Shown here: in pieces, positions 9,593 through 19,032 of the stretch
Position numbering within the stretch: the stretch's first letter is position 1
Layout of the letters: every line of letters begins with the position of its first letter
Origin: Nitrospinales bacterium
GTDB taxonomy: Bacteria; Nitrospinota; Nitrospinia; Nitrospinales; VA-1
NCBI GenBank assembly: GCA_965223345.1
Contig: CBDCWG010000012.1
Span: 3,008,001-3,072,000 of the forward strand
Direction of reading: 5' to 3'
DNA: 64,000 nt
Program-made: the position numbers and the translations under genes
Notes under the pieces: generated by a model
Database searches by the model: none
What the model saw: the letters and a program-made list of their open reading frames with translations, nothing else
What the model was told of the DNA's origin: nothing

Positions 9593-9989
9593 GGATCGCG
9601 ACGCCCCTATTCTTTTCGCAGGGTTTCCATTGCACGGGAAGCCGTCCGCCGTTTTGTGCGGCAGCGCACTCCCACATCGTTTCTTATCGGGAAGAGGTGT
9701 GTTTCATCTTATCAGTTCTTGCGCCGGGGCGGAAACGGCGGTGCGGTTTTTCCATTTCGCGGGTCCGCGCCATTTTGCACGGGCTGCGCGACTTGATTGA
9801 ATTATTGGAGCGTGCAGGCCGTCTCGACGATCGGGCGGCAGATTTACCCGGAAGGAGCATGGAATCGGTTAGAATGCAGGGATTCCGCAGCAATCGCTGC
9901 AACACGGGAGAGTATAATAACGGGTTGCGGTGACCCATGTGGTCACGGGCCGGAAAAAACATCCTTCCCATTCACTCTGGAGGCAGGAT

Positions 9990-10190
9990 ATGCACACCAA
10001 ACGACGCATTCACGATGGCATCGCGGGCGCGGTCATCGTCACGGGAATCGCGCTGGGTCACTGGGTTCACCCCTACTGGCTGTGGGTTCCGGGATTGCTG
10101 GGGCTGACGCTGCTGCAAAGCGCGTTCACCGGTTTCTGCCCGGTGTATTTCATTCTCGATAAGACCTGCGCCGTCGAGGAAACGGCTTGA
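9990..10190 (+). CDS. DUF2892 (YgaP-like) membrane protein
   Basis: ATG 9990 after GGAGG; LLQSAFTGFCP motif. Confidence 0.88.
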   Translation: MHTKRRIHDGIAGAVIVTGIALGHWVHPYWLWVPGLLGLTLLQSAFTGFCPVYFILDKTCAVEETA

Positions 10191-10462
10191 TGGACACCGA
10201 TGAGGTGCTGGAACAATTCGGCGAGGTGCCGCTGTACTTTTCGCACTACTACAATTTCCTCTTCATATATAAGAGCAAGCCCCTGGAAAACGGCGAGCAG
10301 ATTTTTCTGCAGATCGGCGGCAACATGGAAAAGGTGTCCGCAATGGTGGTGGACGCAGAAGAGCCGATGACGCTGGAAGAAATGTCGGAACACGATTTCG
10401 CCTACATCAAAAACAAGGACAACCAGGTGATCTGGAAGGACGGTGAACCCAAAGGGGATTGA
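10187..10462 (+). CDS. Hypothetical acidic protein
   Basis: 91 aa, overlaps the DUF2892 stop codon (TTGA), host-like codon usage. Confidence 0.65.
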   Translation: MMDTDEVLEQFGEVPLYFSHYYNFLFIYKSKPLENGEQIFLQIGGNMEKVSAMVVDAEEPMTLEEMSEHDFAYIKNKDNQVIWKDGEPKGD

Positions 10463-10721
10463 CGCACAGCCTCCCCGATACAAGCCGCTTCCAGCCCGCC
10501 GCAGCCTCCCTGCCTGTCCGCAATCCCTGCCTCACCCCCTCCCGGAAACAAACGCGCGCTTTTACAAGCCATTGGCTCCGATTCCTTGCCAGCGCCGCTC
10601 TGCCTGCCCCTATTCGCAAAGTGCCATTTTGATGCAATCGTGACACAACCTCCCCCAACCCTCCATCTTTCAATGCCATCCTGAATGAGCAAGGCATAGA
10701 AACCTTTATTGAGAGTCCGCG

Positions 10722-11783
10722 ATGCAACGAATTCTGCGCACATCCGATGAAAAACTGTGGAAGGAATGCCTGTCCCGTCTGGGCGTCGAGGACGTGTATT
10801 TTCTGCCCGAATACCTGCAGATCAACGAATCGGTGAGCGAAGGCCAGGCGGAATGTTTTGTGTTCGAGGATGGATCGGGGATCGGTCTCTACCCCTACAT
10901 CAAGCGGCCGATCGACGGCACCGACCTGTACGACATCACTTCCGCCTACGGTTTCGGCGGATACCTGCTGTCGAACGTAACGCTTGAAGAAAAATTCAAC
11001 GCCGCGTTCCGTGCACATTGCCGCGAAGCGGGCATCGTGAGCGAGTTCGTTCGCTTTCATCCGCTGTTCGGCAATCACGATTTGTTGAACGACGTCTCGC
11101 TGCAGGTGGAGAACCTGCACGCCACCGTCACCGCCTGTTTTCCCAACGGCGCTGCCGATCTCGACGGGATGATCGGCAAGGAAGCCCGCAAGAAAATCCG
11201 CAAAGCGGAAAAAAACGGGATCACCGTCGTCACGGGTGCGGAAGATGAACACTACGCAGCGTTCGTGGATCTCTATACCCGCACCATGAACCACAAGCAC
11301 GCGTCGGATTTTTATTTTTTCGATGACAATTATTTCCAGCAGATGAAGCTGCGGTTGCGGGACCACCTGTCTTTAGGGGTTGCGTTCTATGGGGACAAAA
11401 TGGTCGGCGGACTGCTCATCTTTCACGGCGGCGGCTTCGCCTACAACCACCTGTCGGGATCGGACTACGATCACCGCAATCTCGGCGTCAACGACATCCT
11501 GCAGTACAAAGCGATGCAATGGGCGGCCGAGCGGGGCTGCAAACGCTATCTGCTGGGAGGCGGCATGAGCGGGGAAGACTCCCTGTTTCACTTCAAAGCC
11601 AAATTCTCTCCCGGCCGGGAACCCTATTTCATCGGCAAACGCATCCACCTTCCCGAAACCCACAAGGAGTTGTGCCGCAAACAAATTTCACAGGAGAAAT
11701 GCAAACCGGCGGAGTTTCTTGCGAGAAACTGGTTCCCCCTGTACCGCAGCGTGCCCACCACGAAGACCCCCTCACACCACTGA
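10722..11783 (+). CDS. FemAB/FemX-like GNAT-fold transferase
   Basis: DVYFLPEY, DITSAYGFGG, IVSEFVRFHP, RKKIRKAEKNG, LLGGG..DSLFHFKAKFS, FPLYR motifs. Confidence 0.82.
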   Translation: MQRILRTSDEKLWKECLSRLGVEDVYFLPEYLQINESVSEGQAECFVFEDGSGIGLYPYIKRPIDGTDLYDITSAYGFGGYLLSNVTLEEKFNAAFRAHCREAGIVSEFVRFHPLFGNHDLLNDVSLQVENLHATVTACFPNGAADLDGMIGKEARKKIRKAEKNGITVVTGAEDEHYAAFVDLYTRTMNHKHASDFYFFDDNYFQQMKLRLRDHLSLGVAFYGDKMVGGLLIFHGGGFAYNHLSGSDYDHRNLGVNDILQYKAMQWAAERGCKRYLLGGGMSGEDSLFHFKAKFSPGREPYFIGKRIHLPETHKELCRKQISQEKCKPAEFLARNWFPLYRSVPTTKTPSHH

Positions 11784-11913
11784 ACAACGACAGCCGTTTG
11801 CCTGCATCGCAGGCGCAACGACAAAATCACAGTGACCGCAAACCTTGCGGGCGTTCTATTCGGATTTAAAGATTTAGATGGGTATTAAATAATGAACGGA
11901 AGCGGTGGCGCGC

Positions 11914-12186
11914 TCATTTGTAGGGACACACGTGGGTGATGAAAAACCCGAATCCGCCGCCAAACACCAGGGCCAGCGTGAGCAGGGATTTCCACTGGGC
12001 GCGGATGAAACCGGGACGGTTCGCGCCGACGCTCAGCGAAGCCGCGTTCGCGCTGACGGCCGCATTCCGCAATCCGCTGGCGGCGGTTTCCCTGTGGATC
12101 GCCCACAGGAACAGCACCGACCCGGCATAGGCAAAGCCTGCGAAAACCGCAAGCAGATTGTAGGTGAATGCGTCCATCGGATTCAC
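11914..12186 (-). CDS. Small two-TM membrane protein, unknown function
   Basis: GTG 12186 after RBS AGGAGA; two hydrophobic helices. Confidence 0.65.
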   Translation of the reverse strand: MNPMDAFTYNLLAVFAGFAYAGSVLFLWAIHRETAASGLRNAAVSANAASLSVGANRPGFIRAQWKSLLTLALVFGGGFGFFITHVCPYK

Positions 12187-12226
12187 GCTTTTTCTCCTGA
12201 AGGGAAACTATGAAGCCGGCCCGCGC

Positions 12227-12328
12227 TCAGAAACCGAACAGGGCAATTCCCAGGGAAACCGCCGCGTAGATCACACAGAACACGCAGGCGAAAAAGGGCT
12301 TTTTATAGAGCTGGCTGAATCGTTTCAT
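12227..12328 (-). CDS. 33-aa single-TM small protein (below the ORF-track cutoff)
   Basis: MKRFSQLYKKPFFACVFCVIYAAVSLGIALFGF*: basic N-terminus and one hydrophobic helix, between the dehydrogenase and the 90-aa membrane ORF. Confidence 0.45.
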   Translation of the reverse strand: MKRFSQLYKKPFFACVFCVIYAAVSLGIALFGF

Positions 12329-12385
12329 AGAGACAGTATAGTCCCTCCGCCCATGCCGCGCAAGACCGGCGCCCTTCCTTATGGA

Positions 12386-13213
12386 TCAATCCTCCCGCGG
12401 CCCCAGAAAAGCCACATACAACACGGTTTCCTGGATGCCATCGAGGTTGAGCTTTCTATTGGCCAGATCGTCGTAAAACCCGCAGGTGGTCATCACAGCC
12501 AGGTTCAGGGCCGTGCAGGCGAGGTAGATGTTCTGCCCGAGGTGGCCGACGTCCAGCAGCACGTAGCGGTAACCCCGTTCCCCGTACTTGCGCTTGGTCC
12601 GTTGCAGCACCCCCGAAATGAGGACCGTCACCGCCGCCTGGCGCACGTATTCCTGACCGCAGCAGATTTCGGTCAGCGGCTCCGATTGATCTCCGGGAAC
12701 CAGCAATTCGAGCGCGTGGCCGGGGACGTTGTAATGATAGATCCCCGCATCGAGGCCGTGCACGTTGCGCACTCCCAGGTAGATTTCCGCAGGATACAGG
12801 GCCCCTCCGGAAGGCGCGGCGCGCAGGGGCAGTGTGCCTCCGTCCGGCCGGTTGATTTCCCCGGTGATGCCGTAGCTCTGATGCAACAGCTTCGACAGGT
12901 CCTCGAGTTTCATCGGCGCATCGGAAAATTCCCGCACCGACCTTCTGGATTCGATCACCGCATCGTAGGTGGTCTGCACGGGCGTCCAGGTTTCTTTCGG
13001 CGGCAGCGGGATCTGCGGGAACAGTTCGTACTGTTTGTATCCGCGCGACATGGCCAGAACTTCCGCTTCCGTGTAGCTGCCGGCGGCTATCATCTCCGCA
13101 GGCAGGGAGGGTTGCAGTTTCGTGTTCTCGTGAAACAGCTCGGAAACGGATACGGAATCGGGATCTTCTTTTTTCGGGCCGATCACGGCGGGCTGAATGA
13201 TGATTCCAGGCAT
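12386..13213 (-). CDS. SagB/ThcOx-family FMN-dependent azoline dehydrogenase
   Basis: RRSVREF, RAAPSGGALYP, GIYHY, KYGERGYRY (KY motif), LDVGHLGQN, GFYDD. Confidence 0.93.
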   Translation of the reverse strand: MPGIIIQPAVIGPKKEDPDSVSVSELFHENTKLQPSLPAEMIAAGSYTEAEVLAMSRGYKQYELFPQIPLPPKETWTPVQTTYDAVIESRRSVREFSDAPMKLEDLSKLLHQSYGITGEINRPDGGTLPLRAAPSGGALYPAEIYLGVRNVHGLDAGIYHYNVPGHALELLVPGDQSEPLTEICCGQEYVRQAAVTVLISGVLQRTKRKYGERGYRYVLLDVGHLGQNIYLACTALNLAVMTTCGFYDDLANRKLNLDGIQETVLYVAFLGPRED

Positions 13214-13234
13214 AACGGCTTCTCCGTTCTGGTT

Positions 13235-14605
13235 TCAGGGAAAAGGATGCGGACAGGGGTTGAGGTCTTCCTCTTTCAGCGGCTCGGGCAAAAACCCGCA
13301 GCGCACCGGAACGTCGTACAGTCTTCGCCCCCCCAGATAGCGGCGGGCGTGGTGATTGTCGAGAGGTTGCAATCCGGGGATGACGGATCGAACGACTTTG
13401 AACCCCGCATCGTCGATGTCCTCGGTGGTCAGGTCGAAACTGACGACATCCAGCCCGCGCGCGTCCAGCATGCGCACCAGTTTTTTGACGTCCGCCACCC
13501 GGCTGCCGGTGGCTTCGCTTTTAAGCTCGGGGACGGAAAGCCGCGTCTTCGAGCTGTTGAGAAAATCCGTGGTGCCGCGCAGGGCGGGGCTGACCGCGTG
13601 CGCCAACGCGTGCAGGGTTGGCGTCGTGATGTTTGCGAAATCCGGATCGGGCTTGAAATCGTCCTTCAGTCTGGCGTACCGGTTCATGCCGAGGAAGGTC
13701 AGGTACGCTTCCTCGAGAGCCTGGATCAGCGCCCGGTCCGGGTCGAGGTCGGCGCCGATGCCCATGACCGTGCGCGGCGCAACGTCGAGCCGGGTTTTGA
13801 GCATCACGGAGATCACGGCCACGTCCATGTCGAGGGCCAGGTAATTGGCCTCGCAGCGCAGCGGAACGGGTTCGAGCACGTTGAGCAGCCGCTGCACGAA
13901 CGGATCGCGCGAGCTCCAGGGATCGAGACGCGGCATCGGCAGGCGGTTTTTCCACACGATCATGAAAAAATCGCGTTCGATCGCTTCGAGAATGCTTTTG
14001 TACAACGCCGCCGCCAGGGTCGTGCCGCAGGCCAGTCCGGTGGAGATGGGGTTGAAAAACGCCGGTTCTTTGGGCTTGTCGAACAGATACGGGACATACA
14101 CAAACGCCGCCGGCACATGGCGGGGCGTTTCATCGCGCAGGGAAAACCCCCGCGCCCAGCGCACCGGGGTCTGCGATGTGAGCGGCGTGAAGGGAAAACC
14201 GGCGCGCGCGTACTGGCGCGCGCTGAACAGCGCGAAGGACCGGGGATCGACCGCATCCCCGCTCAGTTCCTCATACGTCGAGAATAACAGCGCTTCCTTA
14301 TCATAGTGGCCGGAGCAATAGCGCTCGACGCTTTCGCCGATCGCCTTCATGATGGCGCGGTCGGGATCCACCGACGCGGCGTCGCCGTAGTTGAGCGCCT
14401 TCATTCCGCAAAACGCCGACACATCCGCCGGCTCGCTGTGCGAGAAGAACACCTGCGGCTCGCCGGGAAACAGCTCTTCAAAATCGACCTTGGAGAGGAT
14501 GCCGGAACGATCGCTCACCAGCCGCTGGGCGCGCAGGATCCCTTCCGCAATCTGGGTATCCGGTCCGTCCCTTAAGTGGTTCAGGGATATCAATGGGTTG
14601 TTCAA
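13235..14605 (-). CDS. YcaO cyclodehydratase (azoline-forming type)
   Basis: KAIGESVERY, STGLACG, LEAIERD and ALEEA ATP-binding motifs; C-terminal PCPHPFP (PxP). Start placed at TTG 14605, overlapping the upstream TGA (TTGA). Confidence 0.93.
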   Translation of the reverse strand: MNNPLISLNHLRDGPDTQIAEGILRAQRLVSDRSGILSKVDFEELFPGEPQVFFSHSEPADVSAFCGMKALNYGDAASVDPDRAIMKAIGESVERYCSGHYDKEALLFSTYEELSGDAVDPRSFALFSARQYARAGFPFTPLTSQTPVRWARGFSLRDETPRHVPAAFVYVPYLFDKPKEPAFFNPISTGLACGTTLAAALYKSILEAIERDFFMIVWKNRLPMPRLDPWSSRDPFVQRLLNVLEPVPLRCEANYLALDMDVAVISVMLKTRLDVAPRTVMGIGADLDPDRALIQALEEAYLTFLGMNRYARLKDDFKPDPDFANITTPTLHALAHAVSPALRGTTDFLNSSKTRLSVPELKSEATGSRVADVKKLVRMLDARGLDVVSFDLTTEDIDDAGFKVVRSVIPGLQPLDNHHARRYLGGRRLYDVPVRCGFLPEPLKEEDLNPCPHPFP

Positions 14606-15666
14606 GGGGCCTGCTTTGTGAGAAAGAGGGTCTGGTTCCAGGCTTCCTGCCGGGGCGGTGTCGAATGGCAGGCGGGACAACGGGGCAGCCGCAGCACCGT
14701 GTGGCCGACGCCGGCCGGCGAGGTGCTCTTGAATTCGTAAAACCGCCCGATGGTGTGCGGCGGGGCGAAGCCGGTGATCTGCCGGGCGGCTTCCAGCGCC
14801 GTCTGGCCCGCGATCACGTCGATCAAGGGCGGCGGAAAGCCCTCATCGGGATGAGGCGGGTTGGTTTTGAGGTGCTCTTTGAAAGCCCGGTATCCTTCCG
14901 CATCCTGCGTGTTGGAGGCGATCCGCCCCTCATAGCACTCATAACAGGCAGACTGGTGCGGCACCACCGTCGGTCCCAGGGCGGCCGTGGTCCCCTCCAT
15001 CGCGATCCGCATCCAGCGCTGCCCTTCAGTCAGGCAGGCGGCATTGACAGCTTCAAAAAAGGAAAACGCCGCTGTGTTCTCACAGGCGATCAAAAGATCC
15101 CAGTTTTCCGCATCGGGTTTGCCGTTGCCGTTCGGCACCGACGGCGATCTCAATTTCCCACCGGCAAAATCGAGGGCGACGGGCCGCGCACCGAGCTCCG
15201 TCAGTGCCCGCTCAATGGGGGACACCAGCCCGCCCTCTCCCACCAGTGCGATCCGGGCTGCCCGCAGGGACGCCAACGCCCCCTGGGGATTGGGCACATA
15301 ATGGGAAAAAAACTGGATTTGCCGTTCGCAATCTTTCAGGTCTTCAGGGTTGAGGGGAGACGGCGGAGGGACATTTCCTTCCTGCAAAAGCCCGTTAGCT
15401 TTGAGGATCTTGAGCAGGAAGGAAATCGTGGTTGGCAAATACGTGTCCCCGCCCGATGCGGTGATCTCTTCCAGACGATGCTCGCCATCCAGTAAGGGCC
15501 GTATCGCCGCAAACGCACTGAGAAAAAGATCGTGCCGAAGTGTGAACGCGAATTCGGCTGCCCGGAACTGAATCCGGTCGTCCCCCAGATCGATGACCGT
15601 TGCCCAGGGTGCGAGTTTGGGCTTTTGCGGCAAAGGTATCGTTGCGTTTTTTAAAGCGGGTTTCAT
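14602..15666 (-). CDS. TOMM leader-binding protein (RRE plus E1/ThiF-like cyclodehydratase partner)
   Basis: N-terminal RRE (LLDGEHRLEEI...LKILKANGLL); VNAACL, LGPTVVP..SACYEC and VLRLPRCPAC zinc motifs. Confidence 0.9.
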   Translation of the reverse strand: MKPALKNATIPLPQKPKLAPWATVIDLGDDRIQFRAAEFAFTLRHDLFLSAFAAIRPLLDGEHRLEEITASGGDTYLPTTISFLLKILKANGLLQEGNVPPPSPLNPEDLKDCERQIQFFSHYVPNPQGALASLRAARIALVGEGGLVSPIERALTELGARPVALDFAGGKLRSPSVPNGNGKPDAENWDLLIACENTAAFSFFEAVNAACLTEGQRWMRIAMEGTTAALGPTVVPHQSACYECYEGRIASNTQDAEGYRAFKEHLKTNPPHPDEGFPPPLIDVIAGQTALEAARQITGFAPPHTIGRFYEFKSTSPAGVGHTVLRLPRCPACHSTPPRQEAWNQTLFLTKQAP

Positions 15667-15760
15667 TCAAGGCTCTCTCTGAAAACGAAGCATCATTCCG
15701 GGACCCCTCATCGAGCATCAAGCCTTTGACATTTGAATCGCAACCCGGTCGATCGTCGAG

Positions 15761-15973
15761 TTATTCCGCTGCCCAGCAGGTGCAGCATACGGCTACCGGG
15801 CGGATGTTCTGCCTTTGAATCCCCAGCGGCTCGACGGACTGGATGGCGAGCATGCCATTCTCGTCCAATCCATAATCAACCATGATTTTCTCGGAATCGG
15901 AAACCAGTTTCTTCCTGTAATTCTCATCCAGAGACAACCGTTCGATCGCTTCCTGCAGTTCTGTGTGTGCCAT
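15761..15973 (-). CDS. RiPP precursor peptide, NHLP-like leader with Cys-rich core
   Basis: 70 aa; RBS GGAGG; leader EAIERLSLDENYRKKLVSDSEKIMVDYGL resembles NHLP-clan leaders; all three Cys lie in the C-terminal VAVCCTCWAAE; first gene of the YcaO operon. Confidence 0.85.
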   Translation of the reverse strand: MAHTELQEAIERLSLDENYRKKLVSDSEKIMVDYGLDENGMLAIQSVEPLGIQRQNIRPVAVCCTCWAAE

Positions 15974-16313
15974 TCCAATACCTCCACTTGATTAAGGTTG
16001 TTCCTCCTGGCCCTCATAAAAATTCCCTATACCATGATTTTACGAGACCTGTCCATCTCTATTTCGGCGCAGAAAAAACATTAACTCATTTATTTTATTG
16101 GTCTTCCGAAAGATTCGCCGGGAAGTATTGGCATTGCAGATTATAGGATATCGGATATTGACGTTTACAGGGAATGACTTTTCTAATTTTTAAACTAACT
16201 ATTAGCAGAATTAACATAATGGGTTATGATTAGCCTCGCTGTCGATTGCCATATCATTCGGGTTCCAGAAATTCGATTTTCTGCGTTCACTGGATTTATT
16301 TGCCCGGAAAATA

Positions 16314-18383
16314 ATGCCATCTGTGATTCAGTCTTCGCTCACGAAGGAGCGCGCCGCCCCCTTTTTCATCGCGGCGTTATTCGCCCTTTTTTTCCCCGAT
16401 CCCGCCCTTTCCGCTGAAAAAGAAAATCTGACAAAAGAGCAGCTGGAAATCCTGCAGCTGAGTGTCAAAGACTTACTACAAACCGATGTCGTGGTGACCA
16501 GCCCGAGCAAACGGCCCCAGCTGCTGCACAACACCGCTTCCGCGGTGTTCGTCGTCACTCAGGAAGACATCCGCAGAACCGGCGCGGTGAACATCATGGA
16601 AGCCCTGAGGATCGTTCCCGGAGTTCAGGTTTCCAAGATCAACCAAAACCGTTACGCCATCTCCATCCGCGGGTTCAACCGCAGGCTCGGCTCGGACAAG
16701 CTGCTGGTGCTCATCGACAACCGGACGGTGTACAGCCCTTCGGCATCGGGTGTTTTCTGGATCGGCCAGGACACCGTGCTGGAGGACATCGATCGCATCG
16801 AGGTGATCCGGGGTCCGGGGGCGGCGCTTTGGGGATCGAACGCGGTCGCCGGCGTCATCAATATCATCACCAAGGATTCCAGAAAAACGCCGGGACTGAT
16901 GGTCTCGGGAGGGGCCGGCACCGAAGAAACGGGATTCGCCACTATCCGCTACGGCATGAACTGGGGTGAGCAAAATGCGTTTCGGGTATACGGGAAATAC
17001 CGCAACCGGGACGGCGGCAAACGGGTGGACGGCTCGGATACATTCGACAGCAAGCAGATGTCGCAGGGCGGCTTCCGCGGTGATTTCCAGCTCAACCCCA
17101 GAAACAACCTGACGGTGCAGGGGGACTACTATGATTTGAATGCGGACCTGGACTTCAAAAACCGCTTCTTATCCATCGCGGCTGGATCGGGCCCGTTCCG
17201 CGGCGGCACCATTCAAAAAGGCGCCAACTTTCTCTCGCGCTGGACCCACACCCTGGACGACACCTCCTCGATACAGGCGCAGGTTTATTACGACCGGCTG
17301 GAACGCAGATCCACCCTGCCCTTTCAGAACATCGTCGATCAGTTCGATCTGGATTTGCAGCACAACTTCAAATTAGGTGAGAGGCAGACGCTGGTCTGGG
17401 GTTTCAACTACCGGGCGGCCTTTTTCAACTTCGAGGAAACGCAGGTCATTCGTGTTCCGAAAGAAACGACCCATTTGCTGGGCCTGTTTTTTCATGATGA
17501 AATATCAATTATTCCAAAAAAATGGAGTATAATTGCGGGGTCAAAATTCGAGTACAACGAGTTTTCCGGCTTTGAATTTCAACCGAATATCAGAACCATC
17601 TGGACGCCCAATGACCGTCAAACCTTTTGGGCGGCCGTTTCCCGGGCAGTGCGGATTCCCAGCATCACCGAGGAATTGGGGGTTGCAAACCGGGCCGTCA
17701 TTCCCGGCACCCCTCCCCTGTTACTGCAGGAATCCAATGACGGCAGGACCGAAGCGGAAGAATTGCTGGCATTCGAAGTCGGGCATCGATACAAACCCCA
17801 TCCGGATTTGTCATTCGATGCCACGGCGTTTTTATTCAAGTACTCAAATTTGATCGAACTCATTATCGAAGACACCTTTTTTGATGGCACAGCTTCTCCC
17901 CCTAGTCTGGTCTTACCATTTATTAACGACAATTCACTGGAGGGAGAGTCTTACGGAGTGGAGTTGACAGCGACCTGGAATCCACGCAGGAACTGGAAAG
18001 TTTCCGGAAGCTACAGCTATTCGAAAACGGATCTCAGGCCGACGAAAACGGGAACCTTCATCCCTGCAAACTTCAACAGCGAAGGGGATCTGGACGTGGA
18101 AGGCGAACCCAAGCACAATTTCAATATCCGCTCCTACCTGAACTTACCCTATAACCTGGAGTTCGATTCGATTTATTATTTCACGAGCCGAAACGACTCC
18201 CGCAATGTGAAGGCGTATTCCCGACTGGATTTGCGTCTTGGCTGGAAACCACGTAAGAACCTGGAAATCTCCCTTGTGGGGCAGAATATCCTGGATGATC
18301 AACATTCTGAACTGAATGAATTGCTGGAAGCGGATTCTGAAACCGAAAGAAGTTTTTACGGAAAGTTCGTGTTTAAGTTTTAA
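16314..18383 (+). CDS. TonB-dependent receptor
   Basis: Plug motifs VVVTSPSK, EALRIVPGV, LLVLIDNR, IDRIEVIRGPGAALWGSNAVAGVINIITK; C-terminal FVFKF. Confidence 0.93.
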   Translation: MPSVIQSSLTKERAAPFFIAALFALFFPDPALSAEKENLTKEQLEILQLSVKDLLQTDVVVTSPSKRPQLLHNTASAVFVVTQEDIRRTGAVNIMEALRIVPGVQVSKINQNRYAISIRGFNRRLGSDKLLVLIDNRTVYSPSASGVFWIGQDTVLEDIDRIEVIRGPGAALWGSNAVAGVINIITKDSRKTPGLMVSGGAGTEETGFATIRYGMNWGEQNAFRVYGKYRNRDGGKRVDGSDTFDSKQMSQGGFRGDFQLNPRNNLTVQGDYYDLNADLDFKNRFLSIAAGSGPFRGGTIQKGANFLSRWTHTLDDTSSIQAQVYYDRLERRSTLPFQNIVDQFDLDLQHNFKLGERQTLVWGFNYRAAFFNFEETQVIRVPKETTHLLGLFFHDEISIIPKKWSIIAGSKFEYNEFSGFEFQPNIRTIWTPNDRQTFWAAVSRAVRIPSITEELGVANRAVIPGTPPLLLQESNDGRTEAEELLAFEVGHRYKPHPDLSFDATAFLFKYSNLIELIIEDTFFDGTASPPSLVLPFINDNSLEGESYGVELTATWNPRRNWKVSGSYSYSKTDLRPTKTGTFIPANFNSEGDLDVEGEPKHNFNIRSYLNLPYNLEFDSIYYFTSRNDSRNVKAYSRLDLRLGWKPRKNLEISLVGQNILDDQHSELNELLEADSETERSFYGKFVFKF

Positions 18384-18459
18384 GCCTCTACAGGGCATAG
18401 ACTGAGAATCTGAGATCCATAACTTTTACCGTTCCTCCCACTTCGCGCGGAGATCTCAA

Positions 18460-19032
18460 GTGATTCAAAGACATCCCTTTTTCTTCAACCTGCTGGCAGC
18501 CGTATCGATGTGGCTGGTTTTGCCTACGGTTTTATCATCCGCTGATGAAGTCCAGGACCGCGAACACCTGATCAAAGCCGGGCTGCTTTTGAAGTTCACC
18601 GAGTTCATTCAATGGCCCGAACAATACGGATCCACCCATTCCTACGAAGAACCTCTGAACATCTGCATCCAGGGAAAAGACGATTTCCAAAAACTGCTCA
18701 GCCTCGCCAATGACGCCGACATCATCCGGAGGAACATCCTCGTCAGGAACCAGGTCCCGCTGGATCTTCTGAAAACCTGTCACATTGTCTTTGTTTCTTC
18801 TTCCCACAACGGCCAACTGGATGAAACTCTGACAACCCTCAAACAGCACCCGGTGCTCGTGATCAGCGAGTCCGAAGGCAACGGCCAGAAAGGCGTCGGC
18901 ATCAACTTCATCAAGATAAACAACAAGATCCGTTTTGAAATCAATCACGCCGCCATGAAAAAACTGGGATTGAAAGTGAGCTCCGAGCTTATCAATTTAG
19001 CAGTTCTTGTTTTTGGAGAGCATCCAAAATGA
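18460..19032 (+). CDS. yfiR: YfiR/HmsC family periplasmic regulator (DUF4154)
   Basis: Signal peptide; EHLIKAGLLLKFTEFIQWP, CHIVFV, INF..NKIRFEIN..GLKVSSELINLA. Confidence 0.9.
   Translation: MIQRHPFFFNLLAAVSMWLVLPTVLSSADEVQDREHLIKAGLLLKFTEFIQWPEQYGSTHSYEEPLNICIQGKDDFQKLLSLANDADIIRRNILVRNQVPLDLLKTCHIVFVSSSHNGQLDETLTTLKQHPVLVISESEGNGQKGVGINFIKINNKIRFEINHAAMKKLGLKVSSELINLAVLVFGEHPK

Noticed and set aside
12164..14287. 707-aa + strand ORF
   Set aside because: Antisense shadow of the YcaO and dehydrogenase genes in GC-rich DNA; no motifs.
15761..15973. Nitrile hydratase alpha subunit fragment
   Set aside because: CCTC does not match the CxxCSC metal site, there is no beta subunit, and the context is YcaO/SagB.
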